Shown one piece after another: positions 12,230 to 27,544 of a stretch of DNA of 64,000 nucleotides. The notes under the pieces were generated by a model. The model did no database searches and was not told the DNA's origin. It saw nothing but the letters and a program-made list of their open reading frames with translations. This stretch comes from Octopus vulgaris (Eukaryota): the NCBI GenBank assembly GCA_951406725.2, contig OX597817.1, positions 112,282,001 to 112,346,000 of the forward strand. Reading direction: 5' to 3'. Both the position numbers and the translations under genes were made by a program. Every line of letters starts with the position of its first letter. Positions within the stretch are counted from its first letter, which is position 1.

Positions 12230-12296
12230 AATATAAATATATATATATATACACATATATATGTATATATATATATGTATATATATATGCATATAG

Positions 12297-12381
<85 letters not shown>

Positions 12382-12909
12382 AAGAACGGAATAAGAACGT
12401 AACGGTTGACAAGAAAAACATACGGACAAATAGATGATACAAAAATAGACTGGAAAAATCAGGAACGAATAATCGTGGCCTTCTTTCATCAGTCGAGTTT
12501 CAAATAATCATTACAGTTTCAGCTTGTTACACTTGAGACTGTTCAAAATTGATAGGCCCCAAATATCTAAGCGAGGGGCATTAAATTTTGGGAAGAAGGC
12601 AAGCGAATATGTGCGACAACGCAGACAGAAAAAAAAGAGATAACGGAGAAAATGTTACACAATTACAAGTACAAACACCACCTGAGTAACAACAGATGTC
12701 TTTCTACTAATAAGGACGAGTTAAATTGAGCTGACGTATGGAGTGGATGCTTTAAGGCACAAACATAGATGAAAGTCAAGAAACGGGAAAATGAGGTGTT
12801 GCATTGGCGGCGGTCAGACCAAAAAGAAAGATCATGCTTGGTTGAACACCGGTCACATGCGAAGAACGGAGAGCGGTGAGAGTTGGAGGGATTAAAGAAT
12901 TAAGGAGGA

Positions 12910-12978
<69 letters not shown>

Positions 12979-13189
12979 GGGAGAGAGAGATAGAGGAGTG
13001 AGAGAGGAAGGGGCAGAGGGAAAGGTACAAGGGAGATAACAGAAGGAAGTAGAGAGATTAAAGAAAGAGAAAGCCAAGAAATGTGAGAGAAGGGGAGCGA
13101 GAAGAAGAAAATAGGAAAGAAAGAAGAAAGTATAAAGGAGACTAAAAGACGGAGAAAGAAAGTCGTGCTGTATTTAGATACATACACAC

Positions 13190-14811
<1,622 letters not shown>

Positions 14812-14832
14812 TAATAATAATAATAATAATAA

Positions 14833-15419
14833 ATGTCCTGGTGCAGTACCAGACCGTGGTTTTCATTGCTTCTCATCTTAATTGACTGGAAGTGTTATCA
14901 TGTACATTGTTTTATCTTGGAATAAAAGATGGGCTATAGCAAATATTCTGCTCAATACCATACATTTGCTTGTCACATGTTTGACTATAAGCAGTTGAGC
15001 ATGCTTCTTAGTGGCTGACGATACATGCATCCCTAATCACGAGCAGGATTAGTGGGGGAGCACCATATCCATGTGTTGAGAAAAATTGTTTGGGGTTTGA
15101 ATAATTCACCTTTGGAAACATAGGTGTTTCGTTCAACATCCTTAAACAGACCTTATTCAGGGACCTTTTGAGGGGGATGGGCTACTCGACCTGAAGAAAA
15201 TTCTAACTAGGCCCCACCTGCAAGGTCATGCGCTGTTAATCTTGATATGGGATCACCATGTCGTGCACATACGGTTGTGCTGCATGTGCCTGGTGTACAC
15301 TTATCAGACGGGTAATCATGATGGATATAGTGGGCTTCGTATATTTTACCTCATTGTCATTTTGATAGCATACACACCTCTCTCCAATGATAATAATAAT
15401 AATAATAATAATAATGATG

Positions 15420-15477
<58 letters not shown>

Positions 15478-15977
15478 TAAGTGTTATCATGTACATTGTT
15501 TTGTCTTGGTATAAAAGATGGGCTACAGCAAATATTCTGCTCAATACCGCAGATTTGCTTATCAGTTGTTTGACCTTAACCAGTTGAGCATGTCCCTTAG
15601 TAGCTGATGATATGTGCATCTCTGATCACAAGCATAAGTAGTGGGGGAGCATCATAACCATGTGTTGAAAGGGATTCTTTGGGGTTTGAATAATTCACCT
15701 TTGGAAACAGGGGTGTTTCGTTTAACATCCTTAAACAACCCTTATTCAGGGACCTTTTGAGCGGGATGGGCTACTCGACCAGAACAAAATTCTAACTGGG
15801 CCCCACCTGCAAGGTCATATGCTGTTTATCGTGATATTAGATCACCATGTCGCTCACATATGGTTGTGATGCATATGCCTAGTGTACCCTTATCAGACGG
15901 GTAGTCATGATGGGTATAATGGGTTTCGTATATTTTACCCCAGTGTCACTTTGATGACATGCACTGCTCTCTCACTC

Positions 15978-15978
<1 letters not shown>
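14833..15978. repeat. Two tandem copies (14833-15388 and 15480-15978) of a ~500-bp unclassified repeat separated and flanked by (TAA)n; inverted fragment at 62414-62517
   Basis: Direct similarity gtgttatcatgtacattgttt...ctctctc between the two copies. Confidence 0.8.
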
Positions 15979-16026
<48 letters not shown>

Positions 16027-17035
16027 TCCAATTTTTTCTAATTTTTCATGAGCTTTTTAATAACGCAAAGACAAAAGCACATGAAAAATTAGCTAGCAGA
16101 TGAGAACAGAAACCTCTGCATGGCAAGTATGTGACCCGTAGCAAACAAGCTGATGTCGACCAGAAACACATGCATCAATGGTTACGAAGCTCAGGGCTAA
16201 AAGCAGAGTGTGAAGGTTTTATATTAGCTGCTCAAGACCAAAGCTTATTAACCCGGAACTACCAAACCAATGTGATAAAAAATGGAGCTGACCCAAAATG
16301 CCGATTCTGTAACGATGAGATTGAAACTATAGACCACATAATCTCAGGGTGTAGAGTCTTAGCACCTGCTGAATATAAAGCAAGACATGACAGAGTCGGC
16401 CAGTATTTACACTGGACAATATGTCGGCATTATAAAATCAAAACCGCTGACAAATGATATAAACATCATCCTGAATCTGTGACTGAGGGAGAAAATGTCT
16501 GTGGGACTTCCCCGTACATACCGACAAAACTATAAAAGCTAATAAACCGGATATTATTATAAAAGATCAGACAAAAAAAGTGTGTTTATTAATTGACATG
16601 AGTATTCCTTGTGATCACAACATAGCGGCGAAAGAATTTGACAAGATCAGTGAATATAAAGACTTGCTAATAGAAATTGAAAAAAATGTGGCATCTCAAG
16701 GCGACTACAGTACCAGTGATTGTAGGATCTCTAGGAATGATAAATAAAAGATACTGAAACCTATTTGAAAATGACACCAGGCTTACCATCCCTACAGGAA
16801 GTGCAAAAAGTAGTGTTAACTGAAACGACTCGTACTGAGAAGAGCATTATCACTGTGAAAACAACATCCATTCATGAATTTATTTATTCATTTATTTATT
16901 TTTTCAATACATATTTTACCTGTGAATTTGCGTGTGTAATCTGGGAATGTATACAATGAGCTTCTCTGTCCTAGGTGTACGGGAAACACTCGGCAAGAAA
17001 TGGAAGAAAGTTTGAAGAAAGAAGGGAAAAATATA
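16027..17035 (+). mobile_element. R4/Dong-like LINE 3' fragment between (TAA)n tracts
   Basis: LHGKY, WLRSSGLKAECEGFILAAQDQSL, CRFC...ETIDHIISGC..RHD, NKPDIII..CLLID. Confidence 0.82.
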
Positions 17036-17062
17036 ACAACAACAACAATAATAATAATAATG

Positions 17063-17130
<68 letters not shown>

Positions 17131-17343
17131 CCTTTCTACTGGAAGCACAAGGCCTCAAATTTGGGGGAAGGGAATAAGTCGATTATATCGACCCCCAGTG
17201 CGCAACTGGTACTTAATTTATCGACCCCGAAAGGATGAAAGGCAAAGTCGACCTCGGCGGAATTTGAACTCAAAACGTAGCGGCAGACGAAATGCCGCTA
17301 AGCATTTCGCCTGGTGTGCTAACGAGTCTGTCAGCTCGATGCC

Positions 17344-17383
<40 letters not shown>

Positions 17384-17419
17384 TAATAATAATAACAATA
17401 ATAATGTCTTTTTTTTTAG

Positions 17420-17600
17420 GAAGTTCAAGCAGTAACAACTGTTTCTATAGAAACGCCGGTGGTAAATATCACCCTTGACTGTCCTGACGTAGTGGCAACG
17501 CACGAAGATTTTGACTGTCTGGCCATTGTTCAAGACGGAACATCACTGACTGTCACCGTTGACATTGGCGAGGGTTGGCAGAGAACCTACCCCATTGCAG
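17420..17600 (+). CDS. PKD1: Polycystin-1-like exon B (EVQAVTT...LDCPDVV...TYPIA), phase 0 to 1
   Basis: ttttttag|gaa acceptor and gcag|gtaaga donor; in phase with both neighbours; Ig/PKD-like beta strands. Confidence 0.85.
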
Positions 17601-18196
17601 GTAAGAAATGGACATTATGTATGTTCTTCCGGATTTATTTTTCAAATTTCACTCCAATAAAATCCAGGTTTTGTTCATTGAAGTTAGACATATACCTGAA
17701 TGTTTTGCATGAGTGTATGCGTGCATGCGTTGTATGCTTATGAACGCACGTGTTTGTGTTGTGTGCGATCGAGTGTATGTGTGTGCGTGTGTGCGTGCGT
17801 GCGTGTATATTTAATATCATTTGGGTAATAACCGTGTAACGTGCTTTCTAAATCTCCTCTTTGTATATCAGCAACCAAAGTAAGTATATGTGGATGTCCT
17901 TGTGTTTGTGAAATTTGTATACGTGTCCTCCTACTGTATGAGTTAGAGCTTCTCTTAAATTACCATTATCCAGTCAGCTTCAGTAGAGTAGACATCACTG
18001 TACTTAGTAGTCTTACTAGTTATGATATACAGAGCATATATAATGAAAAATTAAGATTATTAGTTCCTACGTACGTCTCACCATTGAAATTACTTGAAAC
18101 TCAGCTGTGGATGTTCCAGGTGAATTTGGATACCTAACTGCAATGGTTCAGCAGAGGAACGCTTTATTTCGTTCAGTTACAGAGATCTAATATATA

Positions 18197-19404
18197 TACA
18201 CAAGGTTGGGTATAGCTTTTTCGGATTTTCACTGATGATTTTTCGCAACTTGTATCTCCATGTTACATCATTAGTTTGGTATAACTTGTCCAATCTTTGC
18301 TGAATTGTTTATTCTTTATTTTGCAGTTTTGATACTGAGTGGGGGAAAATTGCAATTAGAACCATTTTACATTGCCTGTGGAAAAAAGAAAGAAAAAGAC
18401 TGAGCGAAAAGGCAGCGGAAAAAGAATTAAATGATGTGGAAGACCCAGGAACTGTCAACGAATATGTGGCACAAAACTGGTTTAGACATTTCAAGGAAGC
18501 TGACACCAGCTTTGAAGACAAACCTAGGTCAGGGAGACCTGTTGTTGAAGATAATGCCTGACTTGAAATGGTTGAACAACAGCCCAGCACAAACACTCGT
18601 ACATTGTCAGCAGAACTTGGCCCTTCACAAAGCACCACCAATCCACACCTCCATAAGCTTGGCCTTGTGAATAGATGCTGTCGAGAAGCTCCTCATGAAC
18701 AGCCCAATGACCATGCTCAACAATGAGTGAACAACTGCCGGAAAATCATGGAGATGCATGTTTTTAGCATCGAATTGTAAATGTGGATGAAAAATGGATC
18801 AATTTTTGTAGTCCTAATAAGAATTAATGGCTTCGTTCTGACCAGGCTTTATAATCTGTTGTTAAACAAGAGCGATTTGAACAGGTCATATTGCGTGTTT
18901 GGTGCAATTTCGAGGGATGTTGCATTTGAGCTTGTCGCAGATGGTAATGCTGTGAACGCTAACCTCTATGCTCAACAACTGTGAGTATATGATGTTTTGA
19001 AAGCATGGCACCCGGCATTGGTCAATCGAAGACGTTCACTTCAACAGTATGACAATGCCCCAGCGCACATAATGGAATCAAACACGTACCTGACTAACTT
19101 GAGAGGCTGGAAGTGCTGCCTCACCCTGCTTACAATCCAGACTTTACTCCAACAGATTACCATCTTTTCCGAGACATGGCTCATTTCCTGAAAAGACGGA
19201 GGATTGACAATGTATAAAACAGGTGGAGGTACTTTTTGCCTCTAAAGCAGCCAAATTGTATAAACGTGGAATTCAGCCTTCTGGCACAACGATGGCAACA
19301 AGAACAGAATGTGAGATGTATCTTGATGAATAAACGCTCCTCATGTATAATTTGTTTCATTAATTAAAACTGGAAATATTAAAAATCGTTTGACTCAGCC
19401 TGAT
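18197..19404 (+). mobile_element. Decayed mariner-type DNA transposon
   Basis: WFRHFKE.DTSFEDKPRSGRP, DEKWI, QQYDNAPAH, HPAYNPDFTPTDYHLF fragments with stops and frameshifts. Confidence 0.8.
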
Positions 19405-20544
19405 ATATATATGATATATATATATACATACATATATGTGCGTGTGCGTATCTGTATATGTATGTGTGTCTGTGTGAGTGTGTGTGCGTGCCTGTATAGG
19501 AAGTAATTAAGATTCAGTTGAATTAGGTACTTAATTTGACGCACCAAATCAGTCCGGTATTATCCGCATAGCTCGAAGTAAGGTGAATAAAATCAAAATA
19601 AGTAACAGGATGTCACGTAGTAAGGCAGTACGACCGTTTCAAGCGGCTCTATTTAACTGAACAATGCAATCATTACATCAATTTAAATACAGTGCTTTCT
19701 TCAGCTGCACAAATATGGATTTTCAACAGACAAGATATATTAATATAAATTTTCTTGGATATGTGTGTGTGTGTGTGTGCATGTATATGTTTGTCTTTAT
19801 TTTTTCCACTGCCATCGCTTCACAAACGGTCTTGGTTATGTCCCCTGTAACGTATCAATTCGGCATATGAGACTGATAGAATAAGTACCAGACTCTAAAA
19901 AAAATAGGTGTTGGTCTTGATTTGTTTGACTAAACCCTTCGAAGTACTGCTGCAATATAGCCACAGTCCAATGCCTGAAACAAACAAAAGATTAAAGACA
20001 AAATATACTAGTGGTCGTTGTGTTTGTGTTTTTGATCTTATACTTGATTACATTCTTTTTCTTTAAAAAAGTCTCCCTTATTTTGTTTCATAAATCAGAT
20101 GTCGAACAAAGATATGAAAATGACACAAATTCTATTCCTAGCTGGCATCGTTTTTATTTTATTGATATTGCTAATATCCCTGGTAACATCACAAATTTCA
20201 TATCGTTCTGCTTTCTCCATCGTATGCAATTTATATAATGCTCCACACTTTTAGAAACAAACTGTGTAAAAAAGAATTAATTAATATCTTAATCATCCTT
20301 AAGGCGGTGACCTGGCGAAATCGTTACCGCGCCGGACAAAATGCTTAGCGGCATTTCGTCCGTCTTTACATTCTATGTCCAAATTATCTCGGTCGTCTTT
20401 GTCTTTCATTTTTAGGGGGTCGATAAAATAAGTACCAGTTGAGAACTGAAGTTGATTACATCAACTTATCCTATCCCTGGAAAATACTTGCCCTGTGACA
20501 AGTTTGAAACTAATATTTTAATCATCCTATTTTTCTTCTTGCAG

Positions 20545-20708
20545 ATGCAACTCGTTTTATTGCTGGTCAAGACCTTGCTGCTTCGTCAACAGTACTCTCA
20601 GAACCCACTGCTCTAACCTATTTCAAATTGCTTTCTGATTTCCAGTGGGATGGTGTGTTGGTTGGCTGGGAGCTGAAAGGTTCCATGGCAGGAAACATAA
20701 AATTATTG
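20545..20708 (+). CDS. PKD1: Polycystin-1-like exon C (DATRFIAG...FQWDGVLVGWEL...NIKLL), phase 1 to 0
   Basis: ttcttgcag| acceptor and ttg|gtaggt donor; open frame read by hand (this frame is not in the ORF track). Confidence 0.85.
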
Positions 20709-20852
20709 GTAGGTTTTCTTCTACATATTATTTTATGTTTGTGTGTGCATGTACATGCGTGAGTGTGCATGTATATATACATATACACATATATATGTAT
20801 TTGTATGTACGTATGTATACATACAGGCATACATACGTGCATAAATACATAC

Positions 20853-20908
<56 letters not shown>

Positions 20909-21169
20909 AGTATATGAAAAAAGAAAAAGAACGATTTCACTGATAGTTCTAATCAGTTTAATTTATTATTTTTTAATTTTTTAATAATATAAATTTTAGT
21001 TCATAGATCAAGTAAGTTCTTTGTTTTATATATATATGACAGCAGTTTTACATTTGCCAGATTGCTTTTAGCTAGGCCGAAATAATGTCTTTACCACTTG
21101 AACCTTATAACCTCTTCTACTTCACCAAAAGCTAGAACAGAGATATCCCAGTACCACCAACGAAGCCCG

Positions 21170-21570
21170 TTGTTCTCTCTATATATATTGTGTTTAAGTT
21201 ATTATTATTCCTATTATTCTCATTAATTAATGTAACTATACATTTATACACTACATCGTTTAAATCACATTTATTATTAAATTTACACTTAGTTTTATCT
21301 CTACATGTACAGTTAATGAGTGTCTTATCTTTATTATTATTGTTATTATTATAAAATTTATTTTTATAAAAATTATTCAGCTGAAATTTGTTAAAAGAAG
21401 AAATAATGTTACCTACACTATTAGTGGTAGAATAACTTACTCCAAAGTTATTACTAGAGAAATTTTTTCTATATTTACGATTATCATGAACGAATTGTTC
21501 AATAATATCTAAAATCTCTTTAATAATGTTCATTTTAACTTGAGCACCATAAGGAACAATTAACCAAATT
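21170..21570 (-). mobile_element. Penelope-like ORF remnant (RT-EN linker and start of GIY-YIG), AT-biased
   Basis: IWLIVPYG..VKMNI...FGVSYST..NIISSFN...CTCRDKTKCKFNNKC...VVYKCIV...IYI, same layout as the 3472 domain. Confidence 0.7.
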
Positions 21571-21605
21571 TTCTTCTTCTTCTTCTTCTTCTTCTTCTTC
21601 TTCTT

Positions 21606-21686
<81 letters not shown>

Positions 21687-21885
21687 ATTATTATAATTAA
21701 TCATATTATTATTTAGATTTTAAATTTTATATTATATATATTTTGTATATTATGTTTATTTTTATGTTTTGGTTTATGTTTTTCATTGTTTGATTTGCCT
21801 AATAGTGGTTTTATCTTTAATCTAATTTATAAATTAATATATAAATTTTGAATGACGCCAATTTTTATTTATGTTAATTTCAAAG

Positions 21886-22128
21886 GTTCTTAAGCCACAA
21901 TGTCCCTCCACGTATTGTTACACTACACGCCAATGTGGGGCTTGCGTTGAAGGAATGGCAGAGATATGTGACTCTAACAAATATTGCATGGCGTCGAATT
22001 TGTGTGACAAACAAACTACATCCAGTAGACCAGCACCTCTCGCGACTCTGTCATATGAAGTGATCTCTGCCAAATCAGTTGCTATTACAACTGGGTACAA
22101 CTACATCAAAGTGGATGAAGTAGTAACG
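21886..22128 (+). CDS. PKD1: Polycystin-1-like exon D, Cys-rich LDL-A-like segment, phase 0 to 0
   Basis: tttcaaag|gtt acceptor and acg|gtaaga donor; VLKPQCPSTYC...C..C...ICDSNKYCMASNLC. Confidence 0.85.
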
Positions 22129-22227
22129 GTAAGACCTTGTTTATTCATGTGATTTGCAATAGACCCAAATTTTAAAAGATAAGACTATTATAAGGTGCAG
22201 AGGAATAATGTAAGCACATTATCTATC

Positions 22228-22288
<61 letters not shown>

Positions 22289-22403
22289 CGTATGTATGCA
22301 TGCATGTATGTATATATATATATATTCTTCTATCTACTGTTTTATTATTTTATTCCTTTATAAACTGTGAATTCCCTTCTAGAACTTTCATACATACTCA
22401 CCT

Positions 22404-22481
22404 TGTTTCTGATGACGGAATACCCTGTGTATAGAGATGCTAACCTATTACTTGGGATATCTCAGAAACAGCTGAAAGATA
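22404..22481 (+). ncRNA. Decayed type I hammerhead
   Basis: tgttt-CTGATGA-cggaataccc...gggatatctca-GAAAC-agct-GAA-agata; cleavage triplet appears mutated (GTA to GAA). Confidence 0.45.
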
Positions 22482-22559
22482 TCTTAACTAATTAATTAAT
22501 TAATTACTTCAAATTCACCTTACTCTAATTGAGTATTCTAAATGATTTGAGATACTCGT

Positions 22560-23355
22560 CCTGCTTTGGTTTTTGTTGTCCTTTTTCCTCTTCCCTAATC
22601 CCACCCCCAGCCTGGCTCGTTCCCCTGCTCCGTACTTGCCCTTACCACTCCAACAATACCATCTTCACAGGCACCCATCACCGTCCCTATCATATCCCGA
22701 CTCCTTTACCTTGCCTTCTAGCAACGTCATTTACTTGCTCTTTCTGCCCTTCTCTGTACATCAGTCAAACGAGACACCGCTTGGCTGACCGGTTTGCGGA
22801 GCACCTCCATAACATTAGACTCGGCAATGAGACCCGGTCTCATATATATATATACCCCACGTCCTTACTCCACATCCGCACCCCAAGCCCACCCCCACCC
22901 ACAAATCCCCACACCCCAACACCACCACATCACACCACCCCACACCACTTCGCACACACAAGCATTGACCACTTCCCAGCACCTACACATTACAGAGGAA
23001 TACACACGTACACATCCATACGTCAAAGTCACCAGCCCCAATCCATAAGCACACACTTACACACTCTCCCATATATACACGAACGCGCATGTTCGTTTTG
23101 GGATCACCAGTACTTTATTATCTCTCCTTCCTAGCTCTCCTGTCTAACTACCTTTGTTCAAGCAGTCATCATGATTGACCGCTAATTCCAAAATGTTTTT
23201 TCATTCTCTCTGTTTATTTCCTCGTGTTCCTTTCTGTTGAAGAGCGTAGGCTCGAAACGTAAAAGACTTTCTCACTTTCCCGAGCATCAAACTAATACAC
23301 CTGCTTGTTGTTTATACACCTGTCTTCGTCTTTTGTTATCCTATAAATTTCACCT
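22560..23355 (+). mobile_element. Penelope-like element 3' remnant: frameshifted GIY-YIG fragment plus hammerhead-bearing tail
   Basis: DSFT..SSNVIY / C.FC..LYISQT..RLADRFAEH..NIR fragments at about 22690-22830; hammerhead at 23230; ends in (TA)n. Confidence 0.7.
23230..23265 (+). ncRNA. Minimal type I hammerhead with CUGUUGA core variant
   Basis: cttt-CTGTTGA-agagc gtag gctc-GAAAC-GTA-aaag. Confidence 0.55.
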
Positions 23356-23378
23356 ATATATATATATTTAAATTTCAC

Positions 23379-23421
<43 letters not shown>

Positions 23422-23553
23422 AATTCTCAAACGCAGGATAATGCTAATGATATAGCCTGAACAGAATAAACTACAGCTGGCCGCCAATACTTTTTTGTGC
23501 AAAATAGGGGTAGTTCAGGCTATATTATTAGCATTATCCTGCGTTTGAGAATT
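23422..23553. mobile_element. Small MITE/hairpin with about 40-bp TIRs
   Basis: aattctcaaacgcaggataatgctaatgatatagcctgaac and gttcaggctatattattagcattatcctgcgtttgagaatt. Confidence 0.7.
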
Positions 23554-23658
23554 AAAAAAAAATCAATTCTTTAACTTTCTAAGACATCTCAATGCTTCTA
23601 AAGCAAACTTCGTTTGTTTATTTACTTTCATCTTAATTTGAATTTATGTATATGTATG

Positions 23659-23704
<46 letters not shown>

Positions 23705-23734
23705 TATATATCTATATCTATATTATATTATATC

Positions 23735-24133
23735 TATATATATAAAAGTGAGGTTGTGTGGTGTCTGTCTCCAACGATTTAGATTCCTAACTACTCCCAC
23801 ATTTTGCGGTGCAGTTTAACCAAAAGCGGGTATCTTATAGTCGTGATTCATATCGAGCCCTTCTGGGTATTAGCGCGCGTCTACGATGAGTGTACGATTT
23901 TAGAAAAAAATTACCATAATTTTTTCCCATTTTTAATGAATTTTTTTTTGCTATTATATAAGGGAAGTAACTCTCTAAAAATGTATTATTAAATCTCAGA
24001 ACGTAAAAAGCTATAGTAACACCCCCCTTTGTGGTTAGCCATATTGAGATGGCTATTATACTTTACATCTCTAAAAATGCTTATATAGTTATTTCCCTTA
24101 CAAACCCGAGCAACGCCGGGCGATACTGCTAAT
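23735..24133 (-). mobile_element. Helitron/Helentron-like element with termini related to 2236-2745
   Basis: Minus strand begins tagcagtatcgcccggcgttgctcgggtttgtaag. Confidence 0.6.
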
Positions 24134-25898
24134 ATATTATATTATAATATATTATATTATATTATATTATATTATATTATATTATATTCAATGTCTTCGG
24201 AGTTAGATGGTCTAAAAGTATTAATCTATTTAGTTTTAGTTTCATCGCTCCAAATTCAGAGTTCATAACATAACGCATTGAATTTTGATAACTATTTCAT
24301 AATCTTTAAACTACTTCGCTGTATCACGCTAAGATGGACTTGTTTTGAAACGTTTCTAGGATTTTTTTTTATCAAGAATGCATTGAAGTGGATTTCTGTT
24401 ATTTTCTTCGAGTCCACAAAATTTACAGTCTTAAAATTTTAATTTAACAATATGTCTATCAATTACTCAGCGACTCTTATTTTTAGTAGTAAGTCGCACC
24501 TACCTGTATTCTTTTTAACAGCCCAGTAGATTGCTTGGGCGTTGCTCAGGACGTGAGTCATCGATCCTTCGACTGTTATCCATTCGACCGTCATCAGCTC
24601 CGATACTGAATCGAGGAATTCTGTTGCTTTCACAAGCCATAATTTCCCTTATATCAAAACCATAGTTAATGAGATCACGTATTCAAAAACGGGGCTATGG
24701 TGACTCAATTCTTTGAATCTCTTCGACACAGTATAGCTGAGACACACACTTTTATTTGTAAAGTGTATACATCTTGTTAACAGTTTTAATTATTAGATGC
24801 ATGCGTTCATAAATAATTTTATTTGTTGAGATGTGCAATGTATAAGTGAACAATTCTTCCGATACTTATCGAAGTTATAAATATAGCAGCATTTGAATTT
24901 CAGATTAATTTGTTGTGGTATATTAATTTTGATTGGTAATTACGAAGTTTAAGTTGTACTTGATAAATCTGTGTCAAACTAGCTGTATCAAAATGAATAT
25001 TGTAGATTAGCTACTGGCATAATAAAGTTATTTTCATAATTGACAAAAATCTTCTGAATATTGTGGATTTACGATATATGCTAAGCAAGCTACAGCTTAA
25101 AGCTTTCATTCCACAGAGACGTCAAATTAATGAAAATACATATTTTTCAATTTTTGTAAGACCCTCTGGCGTAACAGCCGCATCAACTCTAAATCGGGTT
25201 CTGAACACGGCCATATATTTCAAGTTATGATCAAAACCATTAGAATACAGTTTATTGAACTCCGTGCTCAAAGTTGATTTTATACCATACTGGTACCTAG
25301 TTAACTTCCCTGGCTAATACTTTTCCAGGATTTTTTTTTTCTCGAGCGTACGTAACATTTTAATTACTGACTAGCACATATGACCGTTAATCTTTTCTGC
25401 TATAGGCACAAGGCCTGAAATTTTGGAAGAGGGGTAAATCGATTACATCGATCCCAGTGCTCAACGGGTATTTATTTTATCGATCCCGAAAGTATGAAGG
25501 GCGAAGTCACCCACAGCGACATTTGAACTCAGAATGTAAAGACAGAAGAAATGACGCTAAGCACATTGTCCGGCGCTGTAACGATTCTGCCAGTTCACCG
25601 TCTTAATGATTCTGTTAATAATAACAGCTTCAAATGCTTAGATGTTTCTTCGTATAAGATAAAATCAGACTGTCAGCCAAAGTTGTTGGTTGAACTCTGT
25701 TACCATACATTCTTTTCTTTTACTTGTTTCAATCATTGGGCTGCAGCGATGCTGGAGCACTGCCTTGAAGAATCTTTTTAGTCGAATGTATCGACCCCAG
25801 TGTCGGTTACTTTTGCCCAACCGCTAAGTTACGGAGACATAAACACACCAGCGACAGTTGTCAAGCGGTGATGGTGGTGGTAGGGGACAAATACAGAC

Positions 25899-25989
<91 letters not shown>

Positions 25990-26657
25990 CATACACATAC
26001 ACACACACACATGTACGTGGTATGATCAATAAGTATCCGGACTGTTGCGATGGTAACGAAACTAAAGCATGCGGAGTGAAGACGCTTGGCAAAGATTGAC
26101 TTTGAACTCTACTGTGCATGCGCACTAAGTTTTAGCTTTCTAGCGCACTGCTCAAAGGTGCCACTCAGTGGGATTGAACCCTGAACCATGTGGTTGGAGA
26201 TCAAGCTTCTCACCATACAGCCGAGCCGCGCCTGTGCAAATATATTTAATTTCCTTTCAGATAAAACCAACTTGACTGTAGTGATAAATATATTTAAGGC
26301 TTTTCATAAGTTTTGTTTGCGTCATGAAATTTAAGACTGATAGAAAAGTCTGTTAATGATTTAAGTTTGAGAATGAATTCACATTTTATTTGCTAGAGGT
26401 CTTCTCTTATATGTTGTATCATTTTTACCCAATATAAATTATATCAAAATAGTCTGAAAATTCCTTCTATTATAATACCATTATTGTTTGAACTCATTAT
26501 TATTAAAACGCTTTCTAAAAGAGAGGCTATGTTGTTTTTATAATCTTCATTGGTTTGTTAATGATTGGAAGTTAGACTCTTTCAGAACATTTCTGATTAT
26601 GATTTTATGGTTAATTTTTGTACTATATTAATACCTATGTACATTATTTTCTTCAAG

Positions 26658-27030
26658 ATTAAAGCTGGCTACATCATCGGATTCGAGAAAGAGACAGGCG
26701 AAATTGATGCGACAACATATAACGATACAGATTATTTCATAGCAGGCACCACAAGCGAAGGGACGGCACATACAGTTCAAGATATGATTAAAAGTGGCGG
26801 CAGCCATTTATTGAAAGGAATTGCTTCTCGTACATCAGTATTGTCCATAAACCATATTTATACTGAAACCAAGGCTGTTGAGATAGAAGTGATAGTGACA
26901 GGTAAAGAAAATAGTGAGAACGCTACCAAACTGCTGATGGTACAAGAAGGAATTGACAAAATTATTATCGACTCAAGTGAATTTAAAGAGACACAAGTTG
27001 AAGGAACATTCAGTATACTATCGCATAAAG
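26658..27030 (+). CDS. PKD1: Polycystin-1-like exon E (IKAGYIIGF...ILSHK), phase 0 to 1
   Basis: cttcaag|att acceptor and aaag|gtaaac donor; PKD-like HIYTE...IEVIV. Confidence 0.85.
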
Positions 27031-27544
27031 GTAAACACAGTAATGAATACACAAGCTCTGTCTTTCGACTATTTGATTAATCAATCATTTTTAAGTGCAT
27101 TCTGGCCCTTAAATGGGTACTACTTTTTTTTTTATGTAAGTCTTAGCCCCTGTCCTCCTCCTTAATAGAATGTCAAGTTTGGAAAATTCTACCTTCTTGA
27201 GATTATCTCCCCTTCCCAAGTGGAGATTGCATTAATTGCCGTCTGGTAATTATGCTACATCCTCTAGAGGTGAAGAGGACTTTAATAAATCAAGAATTTA
27301 CGTTGTGTGGTATTTCACATACTTGTTCATAAACTACTAGTTTATTTTTTAGTCATTGTCTTTCTTCTTCTTCTTCTTCTTCTTCTTCTTCTTCTTCTTC
27401 TTCTTCTTCTTCTTCCTCCTCCTCCTCCTCCTCCTCCTCCTCCTCCTCCTCCTTCTTCTTCTTCTTCTTCTTCTTCTTCTTCTTCTTCTTCTTCTTCTTC
27501 TTCTTCTTCTTCTTCTTCTTCTTCTTCGTCGTCATCATTTCATT

